Shown: positions 47,362 through 58,568 of the stretch, one piece after another
How positions within the stretch are numbered: the first letter of the stretch is position 1
How the letters are laid out: each line of letters begins with the position of its first letter
Source of the DNA: Eledone cirrhosa
Lineage: Eukaryota
Length of the DNA: 64,000 nt
Direction of reading: 5' to 3'
Assembly (NCBI GenBank): GCA_964016885.1
Contig: OZ024744.1
Coordinates: 42,904,001-42,968,000 of the forward strand
Position numbers and translations under genes: made by a program
The notes under the pieces: model-generated
Database searches by the model: none
Told to the model about the DNA's origin: nothing
Seen by the model: the letters and a program-made list of their open reading frames with translations, nothing else

Positions 47362-49716
47362 TTAGGGAGAAGTGTTTAGACGGGGTCCGTATTTGTTAAT
47401 GAAGTAAGATTCCTTGCTGATGCGCTGGGTGTGGGTGGCATTATCTTTAAATTTGTAGAGGGGAAAGATTCTGAAGTTGGGATGATTTTGGGCGGCGCAG
47501 GTATCAATGTGTTCACTCAGTGGTATTTTCCTGTATTCCCGTATTTTAATTTGGGATCTATGGACAGTCATGCGTTGGCGGAGGCTGTTTTTGGTCTGGC
47601 CTATGTATTGTTCTCGACAACCTGAACAAGTTAATACATATATTAAATTTTCCGATGCACATGTGAAATTGTGTTTTACTATAAAACGTTGTCCATCTTT
47701 GAAATAGAATTCCGAACCCTCTATTAGGTTGATGCAAATGCCACAGTTGGGTCTATCGCATTTTTTTACTGTGGGTTTCGTTGTTGTGGTTGGCAGTACT
47801 TTGGCATGTGTCAAGATGTTTTTCATTGACTTGGATTGTCTTTTGCTCTTTATGATATCGTGTGTTCGTAGAATTTGGTTCATTCTATGGTCCTTTTTCA
47901 ATACAGGGATGTTCTGGAGGATGGTGTCAAAGGCCTCGTTGTTGAGGGGGTTGTGTGTGGAGATGTATGGAAGAGCTTTTAGTTTTGGTTGATTTACTTT
48001 AGGGTGTCTAAGGTCCTGGGTACTGAGTTTTAGGGCACGTTGGATTCCATTGTCAATTAGTGATGCAGGGTAGTCCCTGCCTATGAGTGTGTCCTTTAGT
48101 TCTTGTAGCCGTAAGTAGCAGATGTTTTTATTGGAGACTATAGTACAGATTCTCTTGGCTAAGTTGTAGGGAATATTAATTTTAACGTGTCTAGGGTGGC
48201 AAGAGTTGAAGGGGAGGTATTGCTTGGAGTCTGTGGGCTTGTAGTATATGTCTGTTTCTATTTTTTTGTTATGGATCTTAATGAGGATGTCGAGGAAGGG
48301 GAGTTGTTGATGGCTGTATTCCATCGTGAAGTTAATATTTGTGTTGAGCCCATTTATAAGGGTGTGAAATTCTTTAAGTTTTTCGATGTTTTCGTGCCAA
48401 AGGATGAAGCAGTCATCTAGATATCGCTTCCAGTTCCTTTCAATGTGTAAGTGGAGGGTGTTTCCAAATTTGTTTAGGACTTTAGTGTAGAGGGTGATTT
48501 CCAGGTATCCCATGACTAGGTTGGCATACGTAGGGGCTGTTTTCGTTCCCATAGCGGTCCCAGATTTCTGCCTGTAGGGTTTGTTATTGAAAACGAAGTA
48601 ATTGTTCTCCAAGATAAATTTGAGTCCCTCTATCACGAATTCTTTTTTGATGCGTTGTGGGAGTTCATTGTGGAAGTTATCCAGCCAGAATTGGATAGCT
48701 TCTATTCCTAGGTTGTGGGGGATGTTGGAGTATAGGTTGACTACATCGAACGTCACTAGTAGGGTTTGTTCAGAAAGTGGCATATTAGGGAGGTGATTGA
48801 GCATATGTAGGTCGTCCCTTATATAGCTTTTGATGTGCTTGAGGAAGGGTTTGAGAAGGGTATCAATGAAGTTGCTAAGACGGTGCGTTTCGCAAGCGGG
48901 GCCTGCTATTATAGGTCTTAATTTGAGATCATTGGGTGAGGGGACATTGATGACTATGTCTGTGGCTTCCTTGCATGCCTTACTGATTGATTCGCTTTTA
49001 TGTACTTTAGGGATACCGTAGAAAAGGCTGGATTTACTTGTGAAGTCTGTGATGAAGCTGAATTCCTTGTTAGTGAGTCCTTCTTTGTATTGGTTGATTA
49101 GAGTTTTTAGGTTTCTCATAATTTTCTGTTGATTGTAGTGTTCAGCCTTTTCGTAGTATGTTTCGTTTTCCAAAGTGGAGAGCGCTAAGTTGATATAGAA
49201 TTCTGTCTCCATTAGGACTACTGTACTCCCTTTATCAGCCTCTTTAATTGTAATGGTTCTGTCGGTTTTTAATCTATTTAATTCTTCCCATTCTTTCTTG
49301 TTGAGGTTTGGCTTGTGTTTTTGTCTGTGCAAGTGTTGGTAAGGGAAGTTTGTGATGTGTTCACAGAATTCGTCCAGGATTTTATTTCTACCTTTTGAAG
49401 GGGTGTAATTGCTTCTATTTCTGGCTAATGATTCATCCTCATTGTACTGGTCGAATAGTTGTTCACTAAGTCGTAACTTTCTACAGAAGTCTGTGATGTC
49501 TTCCTTCATTTCATAGTAGTTAGGACGTAGTGGGGTCGGTGTGAATTTAAGACCTTTGGAGAGTAAGTTGATAAGGTTGGGTGTTGGTTCTGCACTAGTA
49601 AGATTGATAATTTTTATTACTATCGGTTTCTCCTCCCTGTCTTGTGTTATTTTGTTTGCCTGTATCTGTGTGCTGTGTCTAAAAAATGGTTGGGGTAGAG
49701 GGGTTGTCTGCTGATG
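47362..49716 (-). CDS. PLE family 1 reverse transcriptase + GIY-YIG endonuclease (ORF2), intact
   Basis: Frame open from 49716. Motifs INL...LLSKGLKFTPTP, EADKG, FYGIPKVHK, LRPII, FDVVNLYSNIP, GTAMG, RYLDD, LPFLD, CDRPNCGIC, NLIY..TCSGC..QYIGQT. Confidence 0.95.
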   Translation of the reverse strand, partial: HQQTTPLPQPFFRHSTQIQANKITQDREEKPIVIKIINLTSAEPTPNLINLLSKGLKFTPTPLRPNYYEMKEDITDFCRKLRLSEQLFDQYNEDESLARNRSNYTPSKGRNKILDEFCEHITNFPYQHLHRQKHKPNLNKKEWEELNRLKTDRTITIKEADKGSTVVLMETEFYINLALSTLENETYYEKAEHYNQQKIMRNLKTLINQYKEGLTNKEFSFITDFTSKSSLFYGIPKVHKSESISKACKEATDIVINVPSPNDLKLRPIIAGPACETHRLSNFIDTLLKPFLKHIKSYIRDDLHMLNHLPNMPLSEQTLLVTFDVVNLYSNIPHNLGIEAIQFWLDNFHNELPQRIKKEFVIEGLKFILENNYFVFNNKPYRQKSGTAMGTKTAPTYANLVMGYLEITLYTKVLNKFGNTLHLHIERNWKRYLDDCFILWHENIEKLKEFHTLINGLNTNINFTMEYSHQQLPFLDILIKIHNKKIETDIYYKPTDSKQYLPFNSCHPRHVKINIPYNLAKRICTIVSNKNICYLRLQELKDTLIGRDYPASLIDNGIQRALKLSTQDLRHPKVNQPKLKALPYISTHNPLNNEAFDTILQNIPVLKKDHRMNQILRTHDIIKSKRQSKSMKNILTHAKVLPTTTTKPTVKKCDRPNCGICINLIEGSEFYFKDGQRFIVKHNFTCASENLIYVLTCSGCREQYIGQTKNSLRQRMTVHRSQIKIREYRKIPLSEHIDTCAAQNHPNFRIFPLYKFKDNATHTQRISKESYFINKYGPRLNTSP

Positions 49717-50957
49717 TTAAGTGGTCTCCTGTGTTTGTTATATTCCTTGTTGTTGTAAAATGTGGTTCGGGTTGGTGGTTGTAGATTGAATGGGGTGTTC
49801 CTGTACTGCGAGTATGGGTGTGTGTTTCTATGTGCCATGTTGTATTGTGGTGTTATAAGTGGCCTACGTTGTTGGTTGTATCGTGTGGTGTGGGTTTGTT
49901 GTGTATTGTGGAAGTGAGAGTTGAGAAAATGGTAATTACCTTGCTGTCCCCTTGAGGCGGGGAAGTTGTTGCATCTATCATGGCGGTGGTATCTTTTCCC
50001 TATGTTTGACGATGAGGAATCCGCGTAGTAGTTGAGTGATTTGGTATGGTGTCTCCTTGAAGGGGGAAAGTTGTAAATGTCATTCTGAGGGAGATGATTT
50101 CTTGGGTTTTTGTTCCTTCTTATGGTAGCGAGGTTGGGAAGTTCATCTTCGGTGTGGTGCTTCCTTCTTCGTTTGTTTGAGGCTTGGGGGTTTGAGAAGT
50201 TGTTGTGCGGTTCAGTTATGGGTTTTCCTATTTTTATGAACGGGTTATTGGAGGTGTAATCCGTTTGAAAAGTCGATTCATAGTGTAGGAACCAAGCGGC
50301 ACTTTTTTCCCAGCGTTGAAGGGATTTCAGTTCTTCTCTGTTGCAGTCCCCTTTCCATAATTTGGAGATCTTCTCTACCTTGGGGCCTTCAGTTTTGTTG
50401 TTGATTTCCAGGAGGATCTCTTCATCGATGGTTTTGATTTTTTCCTCATTTGTCTGGGCCCTCAGTTTAAGAAGTTCAATTTCTGTCTTCATTTTTTCCA
50501 ATGCCATTCTTTCCCTAAGGTGTCTTTGAGGTTCGGGTTCATTTGGAATGGACTTTATTTGTAGTTTACGGGGGAGAGTTAGAGGGGTTGAGTTAAGCCA
50601 TTTTTCATATATCTCTGCTTTGTTGTGATTTTGTATCATCTTCCAGAATGAGAACTTTCTGTCTCTGAGGGATTTGTTCCATTTTGGAATTGTTCGAATT
50701 TTCATTTTGTGTGAATCAATCTCACATGGTTCTTCGTTGGTTTTTCCTGGGTTGGTAGTAGTGAACATAGTTTGGATAGTATCGCAAAGGTTTTGGAGTT
50801 TGTCGCCGATTTCGGAGGGTTTGTATCCGGTGGCGGTTTCCTTATTTGTGGAGTCAAGTTTGTCGACCAGCAAAGATAGGTTGGTGTTGATTTTCTTGAG
50901 TTCCTGTAGGATCTCTTCATTTGAGTTGATGAGGGTTGTATCCGTTTTTGTTGGCAT
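49647..50957 (-). CDS. PLE family 1 ORF1, predicted coiled-coil protein with an N/H/R-rich tail
   Basis: Uninterrupted frame (first ATG 50957, MPTKTDTT); heptad-like ERMALEKMKTEIELLKLRAQTNEEKIKTIDEEILLEI; overlaps ORF2 by 70 nt. Confidence 0.8.
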   Translation of the reverse strand: MPTKTDTTLINSNEEILQELKKINTNLSLLVDKLDSTNKETATGYKPSEIGDKLQNLCDTIQTMFTTTNPGKTNEEPCEIDSHKMKIRTIPKWNKSLRDRKFSFWKMIQNHNKAEIYEKWLNSTPLTLPRKLQIKSIPNEPEPQRHLRERMALEKMKTEIELLKLRAQTNEEKIKTIDEEILLEINNKTEGPKVEKISKLWKGDCNREELKSLQRWEKSAAWFLHYESTFQTDYTSNNPFIKIGKPITEPHNNFSNPQASNKRRRKHHTEDELPNLATIRRNKNPRNHLPQNDIYNFPPSRRHHTKSLNYYADSSSSNIGKRYHRHDRCNNFPASRGQQGNYHFLNSHFHNTQQTHTTRYNQQRRPLITPQYNMAHRNTHPYSQYRNTPFNLQPPTRTTFYNNKEYNKHRRPLNISRQPLYPNHFLDTAHRYRQTK

Positions 50958-51621
50958 TTTCTGTATCTCGTGTGAGGATATGATAGTTAAAAGAATAGAG
51001 GTGTAACACACAAGTTATTATATATTGGTAAACGGAATAGAAAATGCTGACAAATTGTTCACAGTTGAAAAATGGTTTAATTAGGAATAAAAGAGTATTA
51101 GTGATTGTATGGGTTAGTATTCAGTTGTGGTTTTAAGTTTTTAAGTTTTTACCGGTTGCGCATTTCTAAATGCTTTTCAAAAATAATTTTGAGATAGAGT
51201 GTCCGTGCTGTTTGCTCTGATCTGATTAGTTTTGGGAATTCTACCTGTTTTTATGTTTAAAAAATGGCTCCAGCGTTATTTTTGTGTTGCAAAAATGCTT
51301 GTGGTCAAAACAATTTTGATTGGTCGGTAGAGGTCATGTGAATGTAAAAAGTTGATTTTGCGCCAAGACTGTTTTTATGTTAAAATGTTAGAAAAGTGGC
51401 TCCAGCAAAAATTATTGGTCAAAACAATTTTGATTGGTCGGTAGAGGTCATGTGGATAAAAAATTGGTTTTGCGCCAAGATTGAGAAATGACTCTTTCAC
51501 AACAAATATGTGTGTGTGTGGGTGTGTGTGTGTGTGTGTGTGTGTGTAGTAGTAGTAGTAGTAAGGTGTTCGATGCTGCGACAATAGCCACCAGCGATGT
51601 GTGTCAAATGGCTATTAAGAT

Positions 51622-51671
<50 letters not shown>

Positions 51672-51800
51672 ACATACACACAGCAGAGTCATTCGAAGGT
51701 CAAAAGATATTTTTCAGCTTTTGTCTTATACGGAGAAGTGCGTGTGTGTGTGTGTATAAGTCTCTTTGTATGTTGATGTACGCGTGTGTATGTGTTTGTG

Positions 51801-51832
<32 letters not shown>

Positions 51833-52000
51833 AGTGTGGGTGGACCAGTATTTTTTTCCCCCCTGGTAAAATGGTGTACATTATTCGATTTTTTCAGTAA
51901 AATCGGTTCTCTTAATAGAACATCAACAATCTTAACAATAAAAGGTGTGAAATGATATTCACTATATATATATACACACACACACACACATATATATTTT

Positions 52001-52039
<39 letters not shown>

Positions 52040-52175
52040 CATATATATGCACATATATTTTTTTGTATTGCACCATAGAGCATGTGTGTTTACGTGTGTC
52101 ATTGTGTTTATATGTGGGTAGAGATGTGTGCTGATGTAGGTATGTATGTTGACGTGTGTATGTTGTGGGTTCGTC

Positions 52176-53330
52176 TTAGGGAGAAGTGTTTAGACGGGGT
52201 CCGTATTTGTTAATGAAGTAAGATTCCTTGCTGATGCGCTGGGTGTGGGTGGCATTATCTTTAAATTTGTAGAGGGGAAAGATTCTGAAGTTGGGATGAT
52301 TTTGGGCGGCGTAGGTATCAATGTGTTCACTCAGTGGTATTTTCCTGTATTCCCGTATTTTAATTTGGGATCTATGGACAGTCATGCGTTGGCGGAGGCT
52401 GTTTTTGTTCTGGCCTATGTATTGTTCTCGACAACCTGAACAAGTTAATACATATATTAAATTTTCCGATGCACATGTGAAATTGTGTTTTACTATAAAA
52501 CGTTGTCCATCTTTGAAATAGAATTCCGAACCCTCTATTAGGTTGATGCAAATGCCACAGTTGGGTCTATCGCATTTTTTTACTGTGGGTTTCGTTGTTG
52601 TGGTTGGCAGTACTTTGGCATGTGTCAAGATGTTTTTCATTGACTTGGATTGTCTTTTGCTCTTTATGATATCGTGTGTTCGTAGAATTTGGTTCATTCT
52701 ATGGTCCTTTTTCAATACAGGGATGTTCTGGAGGATGGTGTCAAAGGCCTCGTTGTTGAGGGGGTTGTGTGTGGAGATGTATGGAAGAGCTTTTAGTTTT
52801 GGTTGATTTACTTTAGGGTGTCTAAGGTCCTGGGTACTGAGTTTTAGGGCACGTTGGATTCCATTGTCAATTAGTGATGCAGGGTAGTCCCTGCCTATGA
52901 GTGTGTCCTTTAGTTCTTGTAGCCGTAAGTAGCAGATGTTTTTATTGGAGACTATAGTACAGATTCTCTTGGCTAAGTTGTAGGGAATATTAATTTTAGC
53001 GTGTCTAGGGTGGCAAGAGTTGAAGGGGAGGTATTGCTTGGAGTCTGTGGGCTTGTAGTATATGTCTGTTTCTATTTTTTTGTTATGGATCTTAATGAGG
53101 ATGTCGAGGAAGGGGAGTTGTTGATGGCTGTATTCCATCGTGAAGTTAATATTTGTGTTGAGCCCATTTATAAGGGTGTGAAATTCTTTAAGTTTTTCGA
53201 TGTTTTCGTGCCAAAGGATGAAGCAGTCATCTAGATATCGCTTCCAGTTCCTTTCAATGTGTAAGTGGAGGGTGTTTCCAAATTTGTTTAGGACTTTAGT
53301 GTAGAGGGTGATTTCCAGGTATCCCATGAC
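52176..53330 (-). pseudogene. 5'-truncated second copy of the PLE family 1 RT-EN
   Basis: Nearly identical to 47362-48516; begins at VMGYLE. Confidence 0.9.
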
Positions 53331-53980
53331 CTCTACCAGGTGATTTCCAGGTATCCCATGACCTCTTCCAGGTATCCACATGACCTCTACCGACCAATCA
53401 AAATTGTTTTGACCAATAATTTTTGCTGGAGCCACTTTTCTAACATTTTAACATAAAAACAGTCTTGGCGCAAAATCAACTTTTTACATTCACATGACCT
53501 CTACCGACCAATCAAAATTGTTTTGACCACAAGCATTTTTGCAACACAAAAATAACGCTGGAGCCATTTTTTTAACATAAAAACAGGTAGAATTCCCAAA
53601 ACTAATCAGATCAGAGCAAACAGCACGGACACTCTATCTCAAAATTATTTTTGAAAAGCATTTAGAAATGCGCAACCGGTAAAAACTTAAAAACTTAAAA
53701 CCACAACTGAATACTAACCCATACAATCACTAATACTCTTTTATTCCTAATTAAACCATTTTTCAACTGTGAACAATTTGTCAGCATTTTCTATTCCGTT
53801 TACCAATATATATATATATATATTGTTATACTTTGGGAGGGTCATGTTGCCAATAAGAAACACACGCACCAGTTGCTTTCACTTCAATTTAATTTAATAT
53901 ATATTTATAAATTTACAAATTTATAAATTTCTGGTTGGTTGGTTGGTTCCACAACCAGATAGTTGTTTATATATATATAT

Positions 53981-54025
53981 AGTCATAGTTCTTTCGTCAC
54001 ACACTCTGTGACCTCTTCAGTGACT
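53981..54025 (-). ncRNA. Minimal type I hammerhead ribozyme in the PLE-2 pLTR
   Basis: agtca CUGAAGA g gtcaca gagtg tgtgac GAAA gaac UA tgact. Confidence 0.75.
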
Positions 54026-54305
54026 GGGGATTTCTTTCTTCGTTTCTGTGCCTTTCCTTTCTTCTATCCTACGCCATTTTGTTTGTGTGTGGGTTGCGTG
54101 CTCAGTTTGCGCATGCGCCACATCCGGGTGTCTGTGTGTGTTTGTGTTCATTTTTCTATTTTTCTATTTATATTTGTTTGTTTATTTATTTATTTATTGT
54201 TGGTTGGTTGTTTGTTCTATGTGTGTGTGTGTTTTCATTTTGTCTTGTGTGTGTTTTTAATTGTAAGTTGTTTGTTCTATGTGTGTGTGTGTTTTCATTT
54301 TGTCC

Positions 54306-57300
54306 TTAATTGTAAGTTGTGATGTTGCTGTTCCACTCATATTTTCTATTTAATTTTGGTTTTAATTCTTTTATGCTTACTGCCTCTGTAATTTGCCTAA
54401 ACATTGCGTCTTTCTTGTGTGTGGATTCTATTTTTATTTCTATGCTCTCTAATTTACCCCTGTGTTCTATCTTAGCATGTTGGTAGAGCACAGATGATTC
54501 TTTACTATCTTGGAGGTCTCGCCAGTGTTCATTTATTCGTTCCCCTATACTACGAGCTGTCTCACCTATGTACACTATATTTTTGTTTCTACATTGTCCT
54601 TCAGTACATCTTATGCTATATACTACATTTCTAGTTTTACAGTTAATATGGGGGCTTATTTTACAGGTTATACATTTCTTATCTATACATGAGGGTCTTT
54701 GGAACGGGTATGTCTTGCTAATAAGTGTTTTTACGGAGGTACCAGGTCTTTCTACTATCTTAATATTGAGATTATGTTTCTTTAGGGCCCTTCTAAATTT
54801 GTAGGCTAGTTCGCCTCTAGGGGTTGTATTGATGAACATTACACTCTGGTATTTATTGCTATCATACCATGAGTTTATTCTATTGGCCTTGTTCTTAGTT
54901 CTTTCTATTCTATTCCAAAATTTGCTCCTATACAAGGGGCAGGTCCCATTTATGTCATTATTTACCATTTTTTCCCATTTGGTTCTGGCTCCTTTATACA
55001 CTCTGATTCTATCTCTCTGATTGTAGCCAGAGAACTGCATACGGTGGATGAAGTGTTGTATGTGTCTCTCTAGTTCTTCGGGGTTGCACATGCGGGACAC
55101 ATTTCTCATCACCCGTATCAAATCCGCAATCAGTATGTTGATTTTGGTATGGTCCGAAATGGCCGAGTTTCGGTGGATCAGATGTTTGGAAGTCATGGGT
55201 TTGGCATAATGGGAATGGAGGATTTGTTTTTGGTTGTTAATAGTATCTAACCAGAGCTCTGTGTCTAGTACAGGTAATCGATGGTTGGGGTGTCTACTTG
55301 GGTAGTCTACAGTAACTCTAATGCTCTGGTGGATGGAGTTTGCTATTTGCTGGATGCTTTCCATTGTGTTTTTCTCTGGTTCCTGACTGTTCTTTAGTGG
55401 GGGTGTCTTAACTACGATGTTTATATCATCTACGTAGCGGGAGTACATTATCAGGGTTAAGCTGTCTTCTAATTGTTCTTTAAGTTTTTGTTTAAGTCTA
55501 CTGTCCCACCATACCATGAACAAGTTAGCTATGTCGCCTGCAATGCTAACACCAATGGCTGCTCCTTCCTCTTGGGCATATGTTTTACCATTAAATTTGA
55601 ACATATGTTCCTTAAGGGTTAATTTTATGCTGGCCCCTACCGCATGTGCAATCATTTTCTTCAGTTCATCGTGGTTTTCGGGTGTCCGTATGGCTCTGGT
55701 CCACCCGTTCCATCTATCTGTGTGGGTTTTCTTGGCCATTGAGGTAATGGTAGGTGGTCTGCCTCTTGCTGGTCTTGTAGGGCACAGGTTGCTAAGGTCA
55801 TAAGTGTCTAGGTAACTATTACTATGGGTAAGCTTAAGTAGAAGTCCCAGCTCACTGGTATCAATCCCACGGAACTCAACCTTGCTCTCGCTGATCATTT
55901 CGACGCATTTCTCCACAGCAAAATCCACGTCAATAGATGGATACAGGGACACAACATCCATACTGCCTATTATGCAGTTTGTTAGGTCCCCAGATCGGTT
56001 ACCCGCGCCGATTCTGCTGAGGAGGTCCTCCGTGCTGTCACACACATCTGGGGACATCTCAATGATGGGGCGTATGATCAGGGAGAGGAAGTAGGACAGT
56101 CTGTAGTTACTAGCAATGTTAGCCCCACAGACTGGCCGTGTTGGTGGTCCCGCGACAGGGTCCCAGCCCGTTTTATGGTCTTTTCGAAGCCCATACAACG
56201 CCGGCACGTCATTGTTCCAGGCCTGGAAGTTGTTGGCAGTCCTTTTGTTGGGCTGCATTATATTTGTCCACATCACCATATGGGCATTGAGGGTTTTTTC
56301 TCTATCCTCATGCTCCTGTGGTGTTACCTCTCTTGTGTTAGTGATGTGGGGTTGCATTGCCTGGGTGTAGTTTGGCAGGCTGTCAACCGACATTCTGCCA
56401 GACTTGTCTGTTGGAAAGCATGCTATCTCTCCATTACGCGAGCGCTGCATGAGCTTACGCAAGCCATTTGCAGATTCTTCTCCCAGTTGCTGGGCCTCTA
56501 TTCTATTATGCTTCTTGCTATACTGTTCTATAATATTTCTAAGTTCGGATTTAGCTATACTAAATTGTGCTTCTGTTTGTTCATCGACCTGCGACGGCAA
56601 CTGCGTGCGTTTGTTAAATGGCAAAGTCGTGGCGTGGACTCGTCGTAGGTCGAATGATTTATCGGAGTGGTTATAAAACGGAGAGTTCCAGGCTGCTGCT
56701 TTATGTGTACTAGTGCTATTGTTAGTTGTGTTGTTTCTATTTCCACCAACAGCAGCAGCCTCAGCTTCATGGTTGTTTCTATGTCTCTCATAATTACTCC
56801 TGTCTCTTTCCACTGGCTCAATGTTGTTATCTACCCTATTTTGTGTGTCTGTGTGTTCGTCTTGGTTATTCTCTTTGTCCTTAGTCTCCCTACTCCTTTT
56901 AATCCTATTACTTTCTCTTATTTCTCTGATTTCTGTGCTACTGTCATTACTTGTTTTCTGTGTCTGTGTGTTTGTTAAGATTGTAGTGGTGGTGAGAGGC
57001 ATAGAATGTGTGTGTGTTGTTGTTGTTGATGTGTGTTGTTGTTGATGTGTGTTGTTGTCTCCGTGTGTGTGTTATCGTTGTTGTGTGTGTTGTTATTGTT
57101 GTTTGTGTTTGCGTGTCTGTTGTTGTTGTATCTGGGTATGTTGCTGTTGTTGTTGTTGTTGATGTGTGTGTTGTTGTTATTGTTGTCTCCGTGTGTGTTG
57201 TTATTGTTGTTTGTGTCTGCGTGTCTGTTGTATCTGGGTATGTTGCTATTGTTGGTGTTGTATCTGGGTATGTTGCTATTGTTGTTGTTATTGTTGTTTG

Positions 57301-58109
57301 TGTCTGTGTGTCTGTTGTTGTTGGGATGTGTGTTGTATATGTGTGTGCGTATATTGTTGCTTTTGTTTTTGTTTTTGATGCTCCAGCGTAGTTTCGTAAA
57401 TGATTTTTCTATTTCTGACAGACAACTAATCATATTTACCTTCTTGAATGTCGCAAATTTGGGTGGCAGACGTAACACAGACATTTCATTATTATCTATT
57501 TTCGTGTTTCCATAAATGTTGGTATTTTCATTGTTGAACTCTTCAGATAATGAGGTGTCGGCCATGTTGATACGGTCAATTTTGTCGGGATATCTATTGG
57601 TATACTCTATAGTATCCCGATTTAGCTTTGCCTGTTTAAGCCACTTTAATTTTCTGTTAAAGTGCTTATTACATTCTTGAGTAATGTACTGTTCTTCGGG
57701 GCGTATAAGGCTTATAAATGTTAGTTTTTCTGCTGGTGTGGTGATTTTAGATATTTCATCTATTAGGTTACGCTTTAGTTTTTCTTGATGACTTAATTCT
57801 CTATAGATCTTCTTTTTTATGTTTAGAATTAAAGTTCGTTTTAGCCTATCTGCTTGTTTTTTGGTGAGTTGTAATCTTCTAACGTCGGTATTGATGGTGT
57901 TGGTGTAGATTCTAGAAGTGGTGCACAGTTTTATGAAGTGTAGTTGTCGAGATGTTATGGTTTTTCGTAGACAACAGAACATGGTGGTTTTCAGTATCTT
58001 GTTAGCCTGGCTAAGGCTTACGATATTTCGTTTCTGAATTTGTTTAGCAAGATTCTTTATCTGAAATCGTGTGTTGAAACCGATATTGTTATACTTTGGG
58101 AGGGTCATG
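54306..58109 (-). CDS. PLE family 2 RT + GIY-YIG polyprotein, frame broken in an (AAC)/(CA) low-complexity tract at ~57000-57350
   Basis: Upstream part MTLPKY...VLRLPPKFA...EIEKSFTKLRW. Downstream part PTDKSG, YGLRKDHK, TRPVCG, SMDVVSLYPSI, GAAIG, RYVDD, LPVLD, NVVY..RC...YIGETAR. Confidence 0.85.
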
Positions 58110-58243
58110 TTGCCAATAAGAAACACACGCACCAGTTGCTTTCACTTCAATTTAATTTAATATATATTTATAAATTTACAAATTTATAAATTTCTGGTTG
58201 GTTGGTTGGTTCCACAACCAGATAGTTGTTTATATATATATAT

Positions 58244-58288
58244 AGTCATAGTTCTTTCGTCACACACTCTGTGACCTCTTCAGTGACT
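58244..58288 (-). ncRNA. Minimal hammerhead ribozyme (second pLTR copy)
   Basis: Identical to 53981-54025. Confidence 0.75.
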
Positions 58289-58568
58289 GGGGATTTCTTT
58301 CTTCGTTTCTGTGCCTTTCCTTTCTTCTATCCTACGCCATTTTGTTTGTGTGTGGGTTGCGTGCTCAGTTTGCGCATGCGCCACATCCGGGTGTCTGTGT
58401 GTGTTTGTGTTCATTTTTCTATTTTTCTATTTATATTTGTTTGTTTATTTATTTATTTATTGTTGGTTGGTTGTTTGTTCTATGTGTGTGTGTGTTTTCA
58501 TTTTGTCTTGTGTGTGTTTTTAATTGTAAGTTGTTTGTTCTATGTGTGTGTGTGTTTTCATTTTGTCC

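Noticed and set aside
47362-49716. Selenocysteine recoding as reported for some Naiad PLEs
   Set aside because: There is no in-frame TGA in ORF2, which ends in TAA.
53331-53435. N-terminal extension MAPAKIIG... of ORF 52176-53435
   Set aside because: It is formed by the inverted pLTR and junction repeats, not part of the element ORF.
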